Positions 61,716-64,000 of a DNA stretch of 64,000 bases are shown here, one piece after another. This DNA is from Vicinamibacteria bacterium (GTDB lineage: Bacteria > Acidobacteriota > Vicinamibacteria > Marinacidobacterales > Marinacidobacteraceae). The position numbers were made by a program, and so were the translations under genes. The stretch covers positions 3,104,001 to 3,168,000 of the forward strand of contig CAXXLQ010000004.1 in the NCBI GenBank assembly GCA_963668695.2, given 5' to 3'. How positions within the stretch are numbered: the first letter of the stretch is position 1; each line of letters begins with the position of its first letter. The notes beneath the pieces are model-generated. The model was not told the origin of the DNA, did no database searches, and was given only the letters and a program-made list of their open reading frames with translations.

Positions 61716-62441
61716 ATGGCCGCTGCGCGCCGCTTCCTCGCTCCCGAAGCGGCCGGCAGTTCCGAACTCCGGCTCGCCGCCTCGGAATCGCACCACCTGC
61801 TGCGCGTTCTCCGCCTGCCCCCGGGCGCGGCGGTCGAAGTCTTCGACGGCGTTGGCAACGCCTTCGCGGCGCGATTTCTCCGGGCCGACCAAGAAGGCCG
61901 CTGCCTCCTCCGGCGCGGTGAGGCGCTGGCCACCAGGGAACCCGCCATCCGCCTCACGGTGGGCGTTGCAGTTCCCAAAGGGGACGGCCTGACCGGGATC
62001 GTGCGGCAGCTCGCGGAGATCGGAGCAGCCTCGATCACCCCGCTCGAGACCGACCGTTCGGAAGGGCGCGCGTCCCCTGCCCGGGTCGAGCGTTGGCGCG
62101 CGGCCGCCCTCGCGGGGACCCGCCAGTCCGGTCGGGCGACTGTTCCCGCGGTCAGCGCACCGGCCCCGTTCGAAAACTGGATCCGGGATCCGCTGCCCGA
62201 AGAGCGCTGGATCGCCTCGCCCCCTTCCGCAGTCGAGACTTTCTCCGCCGTTCCGAAACCCGCACCGGCAAGGGACCGGGTGCTCGCCATCGGCCCCGAG
62301 GGGGGCTTCTCAGCCGGGGAACTCAAGGACGCCTGCCGGCACGGGTTCCGGCGCCTCGACCTCGGAGCACGCATCCTGCGCACCGGGACAGCCTCGGTGG
62401 TGGCGGCGGCCGCGCTGTTGCGATCGCACGGTTGGCAATGA
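61716..62441 (+). CDS. rsmE: 16S rRNA m3U1498 methyltransferase
   Basis: HHLLRVLR, EIG, QSGR, IGPEGGFS, LGARILR..TA. Confidence 0.95.
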   Translation: MAAARRFLAPEAAGSSELRLAASESHHLLRVLRLPPGAAVEVFDGVGNAFAARFLRADQEGRCLLRRGEALATREPAIRLTVGVAVPKGDGLTGIVRQLAEIGAASITPLETDRSEGRASPARVERWRAAALAGTRQSGRATVPAVSAPAPFENWIRDPLPEERWIASPPSAVETFSAVPKPAPARDRVLAIGPEGGFSAGELKDACRHGFRRLDLGARILRTGTASVVAAAALLRSHGWQ

Positions 62442-62487
62442 CGGCCTTGGCGCCCGGAGCACCCGCCGCAACGCGGAGTGCGGGTTA

Positions 62488-62686
62488 GCAGCCTGTGGTG
62501 AAACCCAGGCGGCCCAGTTCTCCCGGTGGGGGCTCGGCCGGCGATCCATCCCGGCTGAACCGCGTCGCTTCGCGCCGCTCATCGTTGCGTTTCGGTCGAA
62601 ATACACTCGGTATTCCTCCCTCACGCGCCTTGTCAGCCGGGCGCCTCACCGGCCTCGGCGCTCACCCGGGTTCCACCACAGGTTGC
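62488..62686. mobile_element. MITE-like family A, locus 11 (one 18-nt unit)
   Basis: TA-GCAGCCTGTGG...CCACAGGTTGC-TA; 199 bp = 181 + 18. Confidence 0.88.
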
Positions 62687-62700
62687 TAGCATCGGCCTCG

Positions 62701-63630
62701 ATGTTCCTGCTCGGACAGCGGATCGGAAACTACGAGATCCAGCGAAGCATCGGCCGCGGTACGTTCGGAGCCGTCTATCTCGTTCGGGACGTCTTCCTCG
62801 ACCGGCTGCGGGCCGTCAAGGTTCCCCACGACCAAACCCCGACGGGGCGCGAAGCGATCCTGCGTGAATCCCGCCTGCTGGCCACCCTGGAACACCCAAA
62901 CATCGTCCGCCTGATCACCTGCGACGAGCACGAGGACACGCTGTTCGTGGTTATGGAATGGGTGGAGGGCGCCTCACTGGCGCGCCGCCTCGAGAACGAG
63001 GCGGCGATCTCGACAGCCGTCGCCATCCGGATCGCCCGGCAGGTACTTTCCGGGTTGGCCCATGCCCATGAGCAGAAGCTGCTTCACGGCGACATCAGCG
63101 CCGACAACATCCTGCTCTCCGGCGATGTGGCCAAGATCACGGACTTCGGAATGGCCCGCACCGTCCACGTTGCCGAGCATGACGCGCGCCAGATCGGAAA
63201 TCCCTACTACCTGGCGCCGGAGCAGTTCCAGGCCGAAGCGGTCTTCGCGTCCGATGTCTATGCGGTCGGGGTCGTCCTCTACCAGATGCTCACCGGCGCG
63301 CTTCCCTATCGGGACGCCGACCCGGAACGCCAAAGGGTGCTGGTTGAAACCGGAGGCAACAACCATCCCCGAAAACACAACCCGGCGGTGTCGCAAGACC
63401 TCGACGCCGTAGTCGCGAAGGCGCTCGCGCCCCAGGTTTCAGAGCGCTACGCCACTGCGGAGGCCGTGCTCAGCGATCTCCGGGAGTTGGCTTCCTTTGG
63501 CCCGGAACCGGAAGAGCGGGACGCCGTCCTGAGCCGGATCCGGGAAGCCGAGCGGCGGCCCCGCAACTGTTGGAACTGCGGACGGCCGCGCCATCCGGAC
63601 GCCTTTCAGTGCGCCCACTGCGGGGCGTGA
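62701..63630 (+). CDS. Hanks-type Ser/Thr protein kinase with C-terminal zinc ribbon
   Basis: IGRGTFG.VY, AVK, HPNIV, HGDISADN, DFG, APE; CxxC...CxxC tail. Confidence 0.9.
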   Translation: MFLLGQRIGNYEIQRSIGRGTFGAVYLVRDVFLDRLRAVKVPHDQTPTGREAILRESRLLATLEHPNIVRLITCDEHEDTLFVVMEWVEGASLARRLENEAAISTAVAIRIARQVLSGLAHAHEQKLLHGDISADNILLSGDVAKITDFGMARTVHVAEHDARQIGNPYYLAPEQFQAEAVFASDVYAVGVVLYQMLTGALPYRDADPERQRVLVETGGNNHPRKHNPAVSQDLDAVVAKALAPQVSERYATAEAVLSDLRELASFGPEPEERDAVLSRIREAERRPRNCWNCGRPRHPDAFQCAHCGA

Positions 63631-63674
63631 AATCGCTCCGGCCAGGAGCCGGAAGGTGGTGGCTACCGGAGTTA

Positions 63675-63908
63675 ACAGCCTGTGGTGGAACCCACGCGGC
63701 GTTTGGCCAGCGATCCATCCCGGCCAAACAGCCTGTGGTGGAACCCACGCGGCGTTTGGCCAGCGATCCATCCCGGCTGAACCGCGTCGCTTCGCGCCGC
63801 TCATCGTTGTGTTTCGGTCGAAATACACCCGATATTCCTCCCTCACGCGCCTTGTCAGCCGGGCGCCTCCCCGGCCTTGGCGCTCACCCGGGTGCCACCA
63901 CAGGCTGT
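63675..63908. mobile_element. MITE-like family A, locus 12 (no 18-nt unit; ~53-bp duplication of the left end)
   Basis: TA-ACAGCCTGTGGTGGAACCC...GGGTGCCACCACAGGCTGT-TA. Confidence 0.88.
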
Positions 63909-64000
63909 TAAATCCGACCCAGAGGCGGCCAGCCTTGGCGTTAGTCTCCCGCCCATGTCCCGCAGCCCGGACCCGCCGTCCCGGCCCCCCCGGACGGCGT

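Noticed and set aside
63941-64000. Possible 3' end of a minus-strand gene at the window edge
   Set aside because: Too short to support a call.

Overview
High-GC bacterial chromosomal segment from a diderm; gene content and order suggest Acidobacteriota (inference). About 47 mostly housekeeping CDSs: dnaE2 3' end, PTS/rpoN/lpt, accA, dnaE, guaA, psd/pssA, tsaB, mutS, a TAXI-TRAP transporter, gdh, copA, def/fmt/rsmB/rpe, bamD, pgsA, manC/manB, ald, grpE/dnaJ/prmA/rsmE and a Ser/Thr kinase. There is also one tRNA-Gly(CCC) and one frameshifted IS1634-family element. The unusual biology is intergenic and layered. (A) A ~180-bp MITE-like element, mostly TA-flanked, at 12 loci (~6% of the window). 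(B) A ~210-250-nt multi-hairpin element whose stems co-vary between copies. (C) A 111-bp tandem repeat. (D) Short REP-like hairpins. (E) Most striking, a fixed non-palindromic 18-nt unit, CCAGTYCTCCCGGTGGGG, in about 40 copies. It is inserted without target duplication, in both orientations and sometimes in tandem, at many independent positions inside hairpin families A and D, and I saw none in ordinary coding sequence. Empty and filled versions of the same sites are both present in the window. No enzyme that obviously explains unit E is encoded here. All coordinates and counts were read by eye.
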